The position numbers and the translations under genes are program-made. The notes under the pieces are model-generated. The model did no database searches. It saw only the letters and a list, made by a program, of their open reading frames with translations, and had not been told where the DNA came from. From Meyerozyma guilliermondii (taxonomy: Eukaryota): a stretch of 64,000 nucleotides of DNA. The DNA is taken from NCBI GenBank assembly GCA_051546255.1, contig CP128819.1:682001-746000 (forward strand), written 5' to 3'. Below are positions 32,373 to 43,546 of this stretch, in pieces; position 1 is the first letter of the stretch; each line of letters starts with the position of its first letter.

Positions 32373-32959
32373 GAAGAAAGAGCGACTGCGACATAATTGA
32401 AATCCACAGTTTTCGCACTAAAATTTGGGACGCACGTAGATGCAAATCAGCGCGAAGACAACCGGAATCATGTAGAGAAATGACACAGCCGCACACATCT
32501 GGAACCATACCTTTTTGGTTGGAGTATTATCTAATGTACTCAATTCACTTAGAATATCATCTTACTCGTCTATTCCCTCTTTTGTAGCTTAAAAAGCGAG
32601 ATCTTTTTCTCGTTTTGCAACCATTTATTCTTACGACACCTTTCGCGGCATCGGCTTTACTATACATAGGGTCTAAAAATGCAGACTAGTTTGGTTTCGA
32701 ATTTTGTAGCGTCAGATCGAAATAGTGGAAGTACCCGAATTGACAGATTCACTTACAAGCAATAGCTCATTAAAATTCTCTTGGTAATCTTGAACCATTT
32801 CGGTGAATTGTACTTGCTTCACCAAAATATCTTTCTTTGAACCATGATTTCGAAGCACAGCAAGATTCTTCAGTACTTGAATAGTGACCGATTGCTCTAT
32901 GACACAAATAAATAGAAGCACCCTCGTTAGTTTTTTCACTGATTCTCTCTTCATTTTTG

Positions 32960-34999
32960 TCAAAAATACTCTCCCTCCGTAACATAGTTCCCCGGAACAA
33001 GGCCCACGGACCCATCTGCCGTGTCCGTGCCAGTAAGTTCGCACACAAACCAGTTGTCTTCTTGCTTGTGGATCACGTACATCAACCATCCTTTCTTGAA
33101 AGAAAGTTCGCCGTGCTGCTGAGATTTGTAACTGTAACGGGCTCTTGCCTTGGACACATATGGCTGTCGACTATGCGGTGTAACTTTGGCTATTATCGAG
33201 TGTAGATTTTTCATCTTTCTGGAAGGAGTTCTCAGCAAAGATCGTCTCGTGGGCAGCGCTCCAGGCGTTGCAGTGAGGGTATCGTCACTGGCCTGGCGCA
33301 CTATACAAGTTGCAAGCAGGTCGTTGGTTGTGTCTATCATCAGTTTGGGCCGTGGTTTTACTGGTGAGCCATCGAGGTCCGCTCGTGTTCGTCTGGGTCC
33401 TGGGGTGCGGAAAGCGATGCTTTCTCGGCGAACTGCTGGTTCCATTTCTTGTGCGTTGTACGGGGTGCTAGGTGCTGTTGTAGCCTTGGCGTCATTCGAT
33501 GAGCTGCCACGAAGTGATCGTCTGAACCTGGAAACATCACCGTCTCCTCCAGCGTTCAAATCTTCCAAAGCTTTGGCTATAAAGTCAATGGAAAAATCTT
33601 TAGTGAGCGGCACTTTTTTGGTTTCTGGTTCACTGCGACGAGGCGCTGCCGGCAATTCTTGTGACTGGCGGTTGATTTGGTCTTGATACTGTGACAACTG
33701 CTTTTCTTTCCGCCGGGGCGAAGCCCAGTGACGCTCCAGATTACCGGAAGTCGAGCTGTACGACGTCAAATTGGAGTAGTTTGACGACCCATTCAGCCCA
33801 GCAAACCTGTCCTCTTTATGCGAAAACAAGTCCTCATGGCCCAGTCCGTAGGCACTGTTGACGGAGCCGCCATTGCGGTTGTGCTGGGGCAGTTTTGGCT
33901 GCAAATTTGGAGCGTTTTGCACAATCGGAATTTCTGAAATAATTGGCAGTTTTGGCAGCAGTTGCGGCAGCACTCGTAAAGGTCTAATGTTTTGTGGGGT
34001 GGTTTCTACTCTTTGCTGTGGCAGCTGGGGAAGCTCTTTGATGGTTTTCGTGGGCAGTCGATGTTCCTTCTTCAGCACCGTTCTCATGACATCTTTACAG
34101 TCCGGGGTGTCAAACTCCGCCAATTTGAACGTGGGCTCATCCTCATCGTACCCACTCATATAATCGACGTATTTTGGAGCGCTGTAGATTTTGTCACCGG
34201 TTCCATAATTTCGAGCAAAATCATCAAGATCACTTGGAGGTGTTACCAGAGCAAACGCCAGCCGAGCAATGTCCACCGCTTGGTCATTGTCGACGCAGAG
34301 CGTGGCGACGTGGTTACAAAACCCAAAACAGTTGATTTTGCAAGTTTGAATCCGTTCGATCTCAAGCTGGTAAATGTCCTGGAGAGCGAGGCTCCAGTCT
34401 CGGACATAAATTTCGTCTAATTCACGATACTTGACCAACGCCAACTCATAGTTCTTCTGAGACGAGTTCAGACCTGTCAATTTGCGTAATTTGGCTTCGT
34501 TTTTCTCCAATTCTTTTCCCCAGGTGGTTTGCACCAAAAGACGAAGCAGCTTAATCTGAGCACATTCCTCTTGATACTTTGTTCTCGAAGCTTCCACCTG
34601 CTTGAAAGCATCATTGCGCTTGGTGGCGAGCTTGGACATGTGATTCTCTATCTTCAACACCTTTTTCGTGTACATTGATGTGAAATTGTTGAGTCTATCG
34701 TAGCTCTGTTGTGCCACACTTTTAGCAAATTTGTCACTATACTGGGCCATATGGCGGTTTTCCACCGCAAGGCTATCGATGGCCTTCTTGAGACTCCCAG
34801 TTTCATGAGATCCCAAAGGAATTTTGGAATTGAGTCGTTCTAATCTTTTTACGTATTCTTTTTCAACCAGAATTCTGTCGTGATAATAATCTAAAAGTTC
34901 CTGGAGAGTCCTCAAACCATCGTGGATACGGGTTCGAACCACCAGAAACCCATTATTGGTGTCTCCCCAAAAGCAGTTGACAAAAGGGCGGTCCAACAT
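32960..34999 (-). CDS. HOF1: F-BAR plus SH3 cytokinesis protein (Hof1/Cdc15 family)
   Basis: N-terminal FCH/F-BAR domain (FVNCFWG...GF), a Ser/Pro-rich middle, and a C-terminal SH3 (ARARYSY...GELSFKKG...NWF...GLVPGNYV). Confidence 0.82.
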   Translation of the reverse strand: MLDRPFVNCFWGDTNNGFLVVRTRIHDGLRTLQELLDYYHDRILVEKEYVKRLERLNSKIPLGSHETGSLKKAIDSLAVENRHMAQYSDKFAKSVAQQSYDRLNNFTSMYTKKVLKIENHMSKLATKRNDAFKQVEASRTKYQEECAQIKLLRLLVQTTWGKELEKNEAKLRKLTGLNSSQKNYELALVKYRELDEIYVRDWSLALQDIYQLEIERIQTCKINCFGFCNHVATLCVDNDQAVDIARLAFALVTPPSDLDDFARNYGTGDKIYSAPKYVDYMSGYDEDEPTFKLAEFDTPDCKDVMRTVLKKEHRLPTKTIKELPQLPQQRVETTPQNIRPLRVLPQLLPKLPIISEIPIVQNAPNLQPKLPQHNRNGGSVNSAYGLGHEDLFSHKEDRFAGLNGSSNYSNLTSYSSTSGNLERHWASPRRKEKQLSQYQDQINRQSQELPAAPRRSEPETKKVPLTKDFSIDFIAKALEDLNAGGDGDVSRFRRSLRGSSSNDAKATTAPSTPYNAQEMEPAVRRESIAFRTPGPRRTRADLDGSPVKPRPKLMIDTTNDLLATCIVRQASDDTLTATPGALPTRRSLLRTPSRKMKNLHSIIAKVTPHSRQPYVSKARARYSYKSQQHGELSFKKGWLMYVIHKQEDNWFVCELTGTDTADGSVGLVPGNYVTEGEYF

Positions 35000-35437
35000 G
35001 AAGATGCGTTCGCAAGCTGAGTTTATATGCGATGTTTACCAAAGGCCAGAATAGGCAACGGTTGCAGCGCTGGTGCACGGGTGCAAGTGGGGCAGAAGAC
35101 GATGCGGCTGAATCAGAAGAAGAGAGAACTGAGAAGGTCGCGCTTTCTGGTCCGATAATTCTGGTCCGACCAAAAGTGTCACGGGATGGTCCGAACTGAG
35201 GTGTTACGGCCACCCCCGGGTGACCGTAACTATGACCGGTACGTCGGCACGCGCGCACCCCGGATTTGCACCCACCGGGCCGAGGGTTTGGCAGCGATTT
35301 CGGTCCGCGTTCCGGCACAGGGACCGCTGGAGCAGATTCAATTGCGACCGTTTGAAAATGCATGTAGAAAGATCTATATACCATTAATAGAACATTTTTT
35401 TTTTGCTGTTTGCTGATTTTTGAACCCACAAAACCGT

Positions 35438-36733
35438 ATGGTCTCTTCATTCAAGCAGTCGTGGCCCGTCAGAGGAGCGGTATGGCTTTTCAATTTTGCC
35501 CTAAGTCAATGGTTTCTTGTCTTGCTTGGCGTGTTCGTTGCTTTGGCCCATTCTTACCCCGAGTTTGCCAAACAGGGCGGCACTATTAAGGCCCAGTATA
35601 GTATTCAGTACGGAGCGGTGGCGGTGATCTTCTTGATTTCCGGTCTTTCTATGGGAACAAAAGATTTGATGGTCAATATGAGCCATTGGAGAGCTCATTT
35701 TACGGTGCTTTCAATGTCGTTTTTGGTCACCCTGGCAATTATCTATGGCTTTGCCTGTGCTATAAGGCTGTCCCATGACGGCGCTATCGACGAATGGTTG
35801 TTGGTGGGAATGATAGTGACCCATGCTTGTCCTACAACGGTTCTGTCCAACGTGGTGATGACAAAACAGGCCCACGGAAACGACATTTTGACGCTTTGTG
35901 AGGTGTTCATAGGCAATTTGCTAGGCGCCTTCATCACGCCGGCTTTGGTGCAAATGTACTTGCGTGGAACCTGGGCGTTCGGAAACCCCACTCACCAGGG
36001 CTCGGGCCTGTCAGAAACCATCCAGCAGCTTTACGCCGAGGTGATGAAACAATTGGGATTGTCGGTGTTTGTGCCGCTCTTTGGGGGCCAGGTGGTGCAA
36101 AATATATTTCCAAAACAAACTAAATGGACATTGCTGACGTTTCGTCTCAGCAAGGTGGGTTCGTTCATGTTGCTTTTGATCATGTTTCAATCATTTTCCA
36201 CGGCTTTCGCTCAAAAAGCCTTCGAGTCTGTATCGCACGCATCGATCATTTTCATCGTCTTCTTTAACATTGGCATCTATCTATTTTTCACACTTTTGTG
36301 TTTCCTATGGTCCAGACCGTACTTTATCAAAGTACTCTTTTCCGAAGAACCAACACCACAGCATTCTCGCTCGTATCGCTTTGGATACAAGCTTCTAACA
36401 CCATTCTATTACAGCCGTAGGGACACCGTCAGTGTCATGCTCTGTGGTCCTGCCAAAACTGCTGCTCTTGGTGTCTCCTTGGTTTCTTCTCAGTACGGCT
36501 CGCATTCGCAGTACTTGGGAAAGTTGCTTGTTCCGTTGGTTTTGTACCAAGCCGAGCAGGTAATGACGGCCCAGATTCTCGTAAACTTTATGAAAAAGTG
36601 GATTCATGCTGAGGATAAGCCCCAAGATGTGGAACTGGAACAACCAGAAGAGCAACAAGAAGGAACAAGCACCGATGTGAACAATTCACCAACGAGAAAA
36701 TCTCACGATTCTACCAGCCAGGACTCAACATGA
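35438..36733 (+). CDS. RCH1: SLC10A7-like (bile acid:Na+ symporter family) calcium-homeostasis regulator
   Basis: IFLISGLS, HACPTTVsSNVVMTKQA and LCGPAKTAALG motifs, with about 10 TM segments. Confidence 0.85.
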   Translation: MVSSFKQSWPVRGAVWLFNFALSQWFLVLLGVFVALAHSYPEFAKQGGTIKAQYSIQYGAVAVIFLISGLSMGTKDLMVNMSHWRAHFTVLSMSFLVTLAIIYGFACAIRLSHDGAIDEWLLVGMIVTHACPTTVLSNVVMTKQAHGNDILTLCEVFIGNLLGAFITPALVQMYLRGTWAFGNPTHQGSGLSETIQQLYAEVMKQLGLSVFVPLFGGQVVQNIFPKQTKWTLLTFRLSKVGSFMLLLIMFQSFSTAFAQKAFESVSHASIIFIVFFNIGIYLFFTLLCFLWSRPYFIKVLFSEEPTPQHSRSYRFGYKLLTPFYYSRRDTVSVMLCGPAKTAALGVSLVSSQYGSHSQYLGKLLVPLVLYQAEQVMTAQILVNFMKKWIHAEDKPQDVELEQPEEQQEGTSTDVNNSPTRKSHDSTSQDST

Positions 36734-36744
36734 ACCTCATTTAT

Positions 36745-38988
36745 TTATTGCTCGTCAAAATAGGCATCTTCAACACCCAACAAAGTGGCTACTTCTCCAT
36801 CTGACCAGGCGAGCAACGGCACCTTCAAATACTCGTCGCATATCAACTGGAACCGACCATAGAACCGCGAGTACTTGATTGCAGACTCAGTAATAATCTC
36901 ATTGACCACTAATGGGGAATTGATCTTGAAGAGCGACTGCTGGATGTCAAGCAATGCCGTGGGGAGAAAAGCCTGAATTTTCAGGTTGACTTGACGAATG
37001 TTGTCTTCGGTGAAGAGCTTGTTCTCCGTGATAGGCTCGTATATAGAGACGTCGAAGAAATCGTCATTAATGGGACATATCATGTTGACAATGTTGTAAA
37101 AGTCAGTCAAACCACTTTCCTCGAGCAAACTCGAAACTTGGGTTTCCACAAGCTTATCGCTGACTTCTTTGATCTTCTCGTTGACAAGAATCACCTTATC
37201 GGTAAGAACCGAAATTGGCATGATTTTGGAGAGTATCAAGTCCAAGCAGTTGAGCTGGAGGATGTATTTGTCTCTTTTTTCAAAATTTTTCACTTGACTG
37301 TTTTCCATATGTTGCTCGTAAATTTGAATTGGCTGGTCAACCACCATATTGACCAAACTGTTGTCTTTGAATATCGATTCAGTGTGGGTTTGGTCGAGCA
37401 TAGGTAAAATTTCAGAGTAAAAATCGATAATCCATTCTGGTGGCTGCAAATCGATATTCAATTGCAATTGAGCCAGATTGGAGTTTCGGATAGTTGTGAG
37501 TTTGTTTTCAACGGTAGTGACTATTCGCAACTCGGCAGACTCCACAAGCGACTCAATGGTCGCAACAAGCCCCATATGGTCCTGTTTAATTTGCTTCGAG
37601 AACATTATATAGTACAATTCCGCCAAGTGGTGGATGGAAAAAAGTACCAGGATTCTCACCTCTCGACTAATAATTTGTTCAAGTTTTGCCCGGACCGGTT
37701 TGGCTAACGATTGTAACACTTTGGCTACACAATCGTTCATAATTTCACCAAATTCCTTTCTGCTGGTCTCGTCAACCAGGTCATTTTCAAACGAAAAAAT
37801 CCCCAGTATCGTCTCACTCTCGCTAACGACAACTGAATGAATATACGCCAAAAGATCGCCTATAACTCTGACGGGATCTTGGTACTCTTCTGATTGAGGT
37901 GACGAACCTGCTACCCGGCTATTTGCCTGGCCGAGAAACTCGTCTACCAAGGTTTTTGATCTTGAACCCACAAATGTAGCCAACACAGAATTGAGGTAAT
38001 GGGGTCTATGGCGGAGGTAGACAAAACACTGGTGCAAAGTTCGAACTCTATCTCGATTGTTGAGAGCGTATAAATTTCCAAGAGTTCTGTTGGCATATGC
38101 CACCACCTTCTCGGACGCCCTGGTCACAAGCCGGTTGACTCTAGCCATTGTCTTGACGCCCAATTGCGAGTTGTCGATCGACAATAAAATGGAGCAGTTT
38201 TGGTCGACTTGTTCAGCCTTTGCTAACACAGTGAAAAATTCGTCGCTGATGTCGCCGTTTTCAAGTGTGTATTCCTCGTACTCGTTGAGGGTGAATTTGG
38301 CTCTAAAGGCGGAGAGTAATTGTTTCTTGACCACCACGGCCGTTTTCTTTCTGTGCAAATTCTCCATCTTCGAATTGAAAATTTCACTCGATTCAAAATC
38401 ATTATTGACGCTGTCCACCACGCCCATACTCGCCGACCTTAATGCGTCTACGTTTTCCTCGAGTTTACGGAGGTTTTTGATTACCGGCTGGTATTCTTTG
38501 AGAGTTTGGGTCTGGTTTCGAATCAAAGTACGTTCAATTTCTCCACGCAATTTTCGTCTCAGCATCGATCCCAACGCTCCTGGCTCTAAAATGCTGTCCC
38601 AGGACCTTAGGGTGTCCTCAAGAGACCCAAATATTTGACGAATTTGGGAATCTGAAAGGGGATTGTTCAACACTCGAGAGAGTCGAGCCGATAAAGCACT
38701 AATTTTTATGTCACTATGTGGTTCTTGATGGTCATTGTCGGCATTTTTGGTGTCTTCTATCAACAGAAGTGAGAGATTTGCGTATTTTTCAGCGACTTGG
38801 GGCTGATTTTCTGATTTTTCAGTGTCGGTGTTGTTGTCACGTTTAAGAAGATTTCGAGTAAGACTGTTGAGATTGTAGAATTTTCTTCCGAAAGTCTCGA
38901 TGTTGGTTGCTATGGGGAGCGAGAGTGCTCGTTGGGGCTGGGGAAGGTCATCTGAGAGGTTTAGGGTGTCAAAGTCGACAAAGTCCAT
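36745..38988 (-). CDS. COG6: Conserved oligomeric Golgi complex subunit 6
   Basis: MDFVDFDT start, RRKLRGEIE, DPVRVIGDLLAYIHS..VSESE and DLQPPEW. First ATG is at 38988. Confidence 0.88.
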   Translation of the reverse strand: MDFVDFDTLNLSDDLPQPQRALSLPIATNIETFGRKFYNLNSLTRNLLKRDNNTDTEKSENQPQVAEKYANLSLLLIEDTKNADNDHQEPHSDIKISALSARLSRVLNNPLSDSQIRQIFGSLEDTLRSWDSILEPGALGSMLRRKLRGEIERTLIRNQTQTLKEYQPVIKNLRKLEENVDALRSASMGVVDSVNNDFESSEIFNSKMENLHRKKTAVVVKKQLLSAFRAKFTLNEYEEYTLENGDISDEFFTVLAKAEQVDQNCSILLSIDNSQLGVKTMARVNRLVTRASEKVVAYANRTLGNLYALNNRDRVRTLHQCFVYLRHRPHYLNSVLATFVGSRSKTLVDEFLGQANSRVAGSSPQSEEYQDPVRVIGDLLAYIHSVVVSESETILGIFSFENDLVDETSRKEFGEIMNDCVAKVLQSLAKPVRAKLEQIISREVRILVLFSIHHLAELYYIMFSKQIKQDHMGLVATIESLVESAELRIVTTVENKLTTIRNSNLAQLQLNIDLQPPEWIIDFYSEILPMLDQTHTESIFKDNSLVNMVVDQPIQIYEQHMENSQVKNFEKRDKYILQLNCLDLILSKIMPISVLTDKVILVNEKIKEVSDKLVETQVSSLLEESGLTDFYNIVNMICPINDDFFDVSIYEPITENKLFTEDNIRQVNLKIQAFLPTALLDIQQSLFKINSPLVVNEIITESAIKYSRFYGRFQLICDEYLKVPLLAWSDGEVATLLGVEDAYFDEQ

Positions 38989-39000
38989 AGAGTGTGGAGT

Positions 39001-39102
39001 GAGATTGAGTGCGAATTGAGAATTGAGAATGAGAATTGAAATGAAAATTGAGAGTGAGAATGAGAATGAGAATGAAAATTGAGAGTGAGAGTGAGAGTGA
39101 GA
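39001..39102. repeat. (GAGAAT)n/(GAGAGT)n hexamer microsatellite immediately upstream of COG6
   Basis: About 15 imperfect hexamers fill most of the 169-bp gap between the XBP1-like gene and COG6. Confidence 0.8.
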
Positions 39103-39157
39103 TCTCGAAGTGATTAGACAATGTAGACTAGAATCCGGTGTATTTACACTATAAATA

Positions 39158-40435
39158 TCATGACAACAAGTCGTTGATCTTGACGCTTTGTCGCCGCGGC
39201 TCCAACTTGGGAGGCAGGCCAAGAGTGTCCTTCGAGTCCGGCTTGTTGCTGAGGTTTGCCGCGAGCAAGATGGACGAGATTCCGTTTTCGGGGCCGGTAA
39301 CGTAGTCTCGGAGTGAATTCAGCAGTCCTTCGTAAGATATGGGTGAAGTTTGAGCCGACTGGCTCAACGACTGGAGACATTTAGAAGCATTGACAATGTC
39401 CACCACCTCGTTGTACGAGAGATCGGAACCGTCTTGATGGCGAAACCGGACCAGCCGGTCGCTTTGGGGGGTATTTGGAGCCAAGATGGCGTGTGGGGGA
39501 GTTCTGGGGGGTGGTAAATGTGCGATGGGCGGCGGCTCCAATTCGTCCAATTTGAGTTCGCCATAGCCGGGGTCGGTGGGGAGAAAGCATTCTGCCGGGA
39601 AGTTGGCGTCGAATACAGGAATGAGCTGGTAGCGGATATGGTAGCAAAAGCGACGGGCGAGGATTCGGCAAAGAGAATATGGAAGCCAAGTGCCTTGAAT
39701 CTTGAGAAATCCCCCACGAATGCGCTTGATTTTGGCCTGATGCTGGCGTGGGGTACTCTCCAATAGCTTGACGATATCTGCCTTGGAATTGGACTTTGGC
39801 AAGTCGTTATCCGGGTGGTGGATCGCAGCTTTCCAGATACCCGTCAAGTGAACATAACCTGATTCGTAGTCCCAAATGATGCTCTGGCCATTGAGAGTGT
39901 ACTCAAACACCGTCAAGAAGTGGCGGGTGGGATCAAGGGCTGCGGTGGAGTATTTTTTGACTTCGATGGTGGGGTAGATGGCGGAGGAGAGGCGGTGCGC
40001 AAGGGTATGTGGAAGCGCCGAGGGCTGGTGGACGGGAAAGTTGATGTGGGTGCCAAGCGAGCTTTGCGAGCTGGGCACCATAGAAACGGATGAAGCTGAA
40101 GCTGCAGCTGCAGCTGAAACTGAAATATTTGCCCGGGAACTCGACCCAGAACCAGAAACTGAACCAGGAACTGAAATAGCACCAGAACTATGACCAAGAC
40201 CACGACCATGACTATAACCAAGATCATGTCCATGTCCTTGACTATAACCCAGACCTTGAGCTTGATGTCCATGATGCATTCCATATCCAAAGTTCATTCC
40301 GTGATTTCCCATGCGGTCGTCGATCAGCCCTCGAGGCGCCGCCACATTGTACACATAGTTTACCGGCTGCGAAGGAAGCGGCAACGGATAGTAGGACCCT
40401 GGAGGAGGCGAGTACCAGTAGTATTGATTTGACAT
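39158..40435 (-). CDS. XBP1: KilA-N/APSES transcription factor, Xbp1-like repressor
   Basis: IIWDYESGYVHLTGIWKA...KRIRGGFLKIQGTWLPY...FCYHIRYQLIPVF...FP..C..P is the Xbp1-type APSES domain. Likely ATG is at 40435 (MSNQYYW). Confidence 0.75.
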   Translation of the reverse strand: MSNQYYWYSPPPGSYYPLPLPSQPVNYVYNVAAPRGLIDDRMGNHGMNFGYGMHHGHQAQGLGYSQGHGHDLGYSHGRGLGHSSGAISVPGSVSGSGSSSRANISVSAAAAASASSVSMVPSSQSSLGTHINFPVHQPSALPHTLAHRLSSAIYPTIEVKKYSTAALDPTRHFLTVFEYTLNGQSIIWDYESGYVHLTGIWKAAIHHPDNDLPKSNSKADIVKLLESTPRQHQAKIKRIRGGFLKIQGTWLPYSLCRILARRFCYHIRYQLIPVFDANFPAECFLPTDPGYGELKLDELEPPPIAHLPPPRTPPHAILAPNTPQSDRLVRFRHQDGSDLSYNEVVDIVNASKCLQSLSQSAQTSPISYEGLLNSLRDYVTGPENGISSILLAANLSNKPDSKDTLGLPPKLEPRRQSVKINDLLS

Positions 40436-42232
40436 GCTGATCAACCTTCGAATGTGAAATGTCTGCTGGCAGATCACCACGATTAGCAAATCGCAAATTT
40501 CAATAAATAAACCCAGTTGGGAGGTCTTTATATTGCTCCGGGTCGGCACCCCATGCCCAATTACACAAATGCGAAGGGGCTGCAGTGGCAGTGGGATGGC
40601 GTACGTAAATGCTAAACTAAGCATGATCGAAGCCAACTCAGGGCCCAGAACAACGCCAATGTGCACGCGCAATCGTGACTTGCGAACAATAGCACCCGAT
40701 AATCCCGCACCGGCGATGTGGGGAAAGCCGCCGAGCGGATACCCGTGCGCACCTGCGCACCTGTGCGCGCGCGATAACAACGGGTTGCAGGAGGGGGCAG
40801 AGAAGGGAAAGAAAATAAAAGAAGAAATGACGAAATGAATAAAAGAAGAAAAGAGAGAAAAGAGAAGAAAAGAGGATAGAGAAATGAGCAAATAGAGGCA
40901 AATGACAACCTTGGCGACGATCACCCTTTAACGTTTGTCTTGCTACATTTTCTTGCTCGTGCGGCGCTTTGACAGGTGCGGCTGCGCATGCTCGATCTAC
41001 CAACCACGCCGCAGTCTATGCACCGGCGCCATTACGCTGTTCGTCTCAGGGGCGGAATTGTTCCTCCGAGAACAATGCGATGACGTGCAGCTGTCATTGA
41101 GCTATCACAATGCAAAATGCTATAGCCATAATAGCTAATAGCCAAAACAGACATAGCCATGATAGCCAATTATAGCTAATCCTCACTCCAAACTCAACAT
41201 TTACCCTTAGCTCACTCTACAATTATCCCAACAATTACCACCTCGCTTGCCTGCGCTTCGTTCTGCGTCAATCTAAATTTAACTCGCACCTAACTTCAAC
41301 GCACCACATTTTTATTAGCTCACTTTAAAGCACTTTAGTGCACAATTTATTGACGACTTCGCTATCGAATGCTCATTCATTTCAGTATATTTTCTTGTCA
41401 CTTTCACAATAGTCCCCTAAATATTTCGTGTTTTTGTTTGGCTGCAAATTTCACCTTTCCATGCGATAAAACCAATCGGTTAAATCCACCGCATATACTT
41501 GACGGTGCATTGTCTCGTCAAAAGCACGTCACCACAAAATGGTAACTATAACCGATATTCTTGAATCAATAAATTGTTGAGAATCAAGCAAAAATTGTTC
41601 CGTACTTATAAGGGAACCTTTCACTTGCTCTCCTTACACTACTCTTGCAATTGGACATCATTGAAATAAATGTCAAAGTGTACCTCAGTTCTTGACGGAA
41701 TCAATAAAATATCAAAAGCTGAGAATCCATAGGTTTCTATTCAAGCCCATAATAGTAATTACTCAACCTCAATACAATAGTATCGCTAAGAGCATCATAG
41801 TTTTCACCATAAATAGTTCTCATTTTACCTACTTAACCTTCTGCCCAGCTAACAAAGGCACATCATTCGATCTTGTTCATTGTTCTTTGCTCACACTTTA
41901 TTGTCTTGAACTCATTGTACTTACTACACTTATCTCGAAAGCAAGTCGCAAACTCGTGCGGCGCGGAAGCATATACGACGTCAGTCGCATGGTAGGGCAT
42001 ATGAGCAAGAATTGCCGGAGCGGCTGTATACTAGAAATCGGAAGAATAAGTGATATATAATCTGTTGTAATCACTTTCATATTAGAGTGTCATATTAGAA
42101 TATAGTAATAGGAAAATGTTTTGATTTTTGTATTCTACTTGTATTCACTTTTTATATTTTCGCAACTTTCATGGCTGCGAAAAATACTAATTCAACGAAA
42201 CAAGTAACGAAAGCCTCTCTCCTATTTCTGTT

Positions 42233-43546
42233 CTACTTGCTATTAGCTACAGAATCAGCAACCGCATCGAGAAACTCCGTGGTGGTGACGTAGGCAGAAC
42301 GGTCAAGGTTACCACAAGCAATGGCCAAATCTTTGGTCATAATTCCCTGCTTGTCCACCGTATCAACGGTGGCTTTCTCTACTCTCTCAGCAAACTCCAC
42401 CACCTCAGGTGTGTTATCAAGACGTCCACGTTGAGCAAGACCTCGAGTCCAGGCAAAAATAGATGCAATTGAGTTGGTGGATGTTTCCTTTCCTTGCTGG
42501 TGCTGTCTAAAGTGTCTGGTAACAGTTCCATGAGCAGCTTCACTTTCAAAAGCCTTTCCATCGGGTGTCATCAAAACTGAAGTCATCAAGCCGAGCGAAC
42601 CAAAACCTTGGGCTACAATATCAGATTGAACATCTCCATCGTAGTTCTTCAAAGCCATGACAAATCCACCCTGTGACTTCATCATTTGAGCCACCATGTC
42701 GTCAATGAGTCTGTGTTCGTACCACAAGCCCTGGGCCTCGAATTCCGACTGGTACTCCTGATACACCTCGGCAAAAATGTCCTTGAATCTACCGTCGTAT
42801 TTTTTCAAAATGGTGTTTTTCGTCAGCATATAAAGAGGCAACTTCTTGGAAAGAGCCATCTTGAACGACGAGTGTGCAAACCCTCGAATCGACTCGTCGG
42901 TATTGTACATTGCCAACCCAACTCCTGGTCCCTGGTAGTCGTAAACCACTCTGGTCTCAGACTCTCCACCGTCCTTGGGAGTAAATTTCAACTCCAACTT
43001 TCCAGGTCCAGAAACAACCAAGTCGGTGGCCTTATACTGGTCGCCGTGGGCGTGTCTACCAATCACAATGGGCAGTTTCCAGCCGGGAACCAACCGGGGA
43101 ACTCTAGGAATCACAATTGATTCTCTGAAAACGGTTCCTCCCAAAATGTTTCTGATGGTTCCATTGGGTGAAAGCCACATTTTCTTGAGTCCAAACTCCT
43201 TAACACGAGCCTCATCTGGAGTAATTGTAGCACACTTGACTCCGACTCCGTACTTTTGGATAGCATGAGCAGCATCTATGGTAATCTGATCATCAGTTTT
43301 GTCTCTGGCTTCAATTCCGAGATCATAGTACTTCAAGTCCACATCAAGGTAGGGGTGAATAAGCTTATCCTTGATTCTTTGCCAAATAATTCTCGTCATT
43401 TCATCTCCATCCAACTCGACAATTGGATTTTTCACTTTGATTTTTGAACCTGTTGCAAGATAACGGATACCATTGGAAATGGTGGTTGCTTGGGTCATTC
43501 TGGAGCCCCCAGAAAGCGGTTTGGTGTATCCAATCGATCTCAACAT
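42233..43546 (-). CDS. IDP1: Mitochondrial NADP-dependent isocitrate dehydrogenase
   Basis: [31 protein letters not shown] and [15 protein letters not shown] motifs. N-terminal presequence from ATG 43546. Confidence 0.92.
   Translation of the reverse strand: MLRSIGYTKPLSGGSRMTQATTISNGIRYLATGSKIKVKNPIVELDGDEMTRIIWQRIKDKLIHPYLDVDLKYYDLGIEARDKTDDQITIDAAHAIQKYGVGVKCATITPDEARVKEFGLKKMWLSPNGTIRNILGGTVFRESIVIPRVPRLVPGWKLPIVIGRHAHGDQYKATDLVVSGPGKLELKFTPKDGGESETRVVYDYQGPGVGLAMYNTDESIRGFAHSSFKMALSKKLPLYMLTKNTILKKYDGRFKDIFAEVYQEYQSEFEAQGLWYEHRLIDDMVAQMMKSQGGFVMALKNYDGDVQSDIVAQGFGSLGLMTSVLMTPDGKAFESEAAHGTVTRHFRQHQQGKETSTNSIASIFAWTRGLAQRGRLDNTPEVVEFAERVEKATVDTVDKQGIMTKDLAIACGNLDRSAYVTTTEFLDAVADSVANSK

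Noticed and set aside
32712..32954. About 80-aa minus-strand ORF directly after the HOF1 stop
   Set aside because: There is no room for a promoter and no recognisable motif. It is probably HOF1 3'UTR or ARA2 promoter sequence.
38989..39222. Apparent COG6 N-terminal extension overlapping the XBP1-like gene (also the 40436-40924 extension of XBP1 and the 51196-51414 extension of the permease)
   Set aside because: These are stop-free translations of microsatellite or pyrimidine tracts. The COG6 and XBP1 extensions use non-ATG starts, and the permease extension spans its own TATA box.
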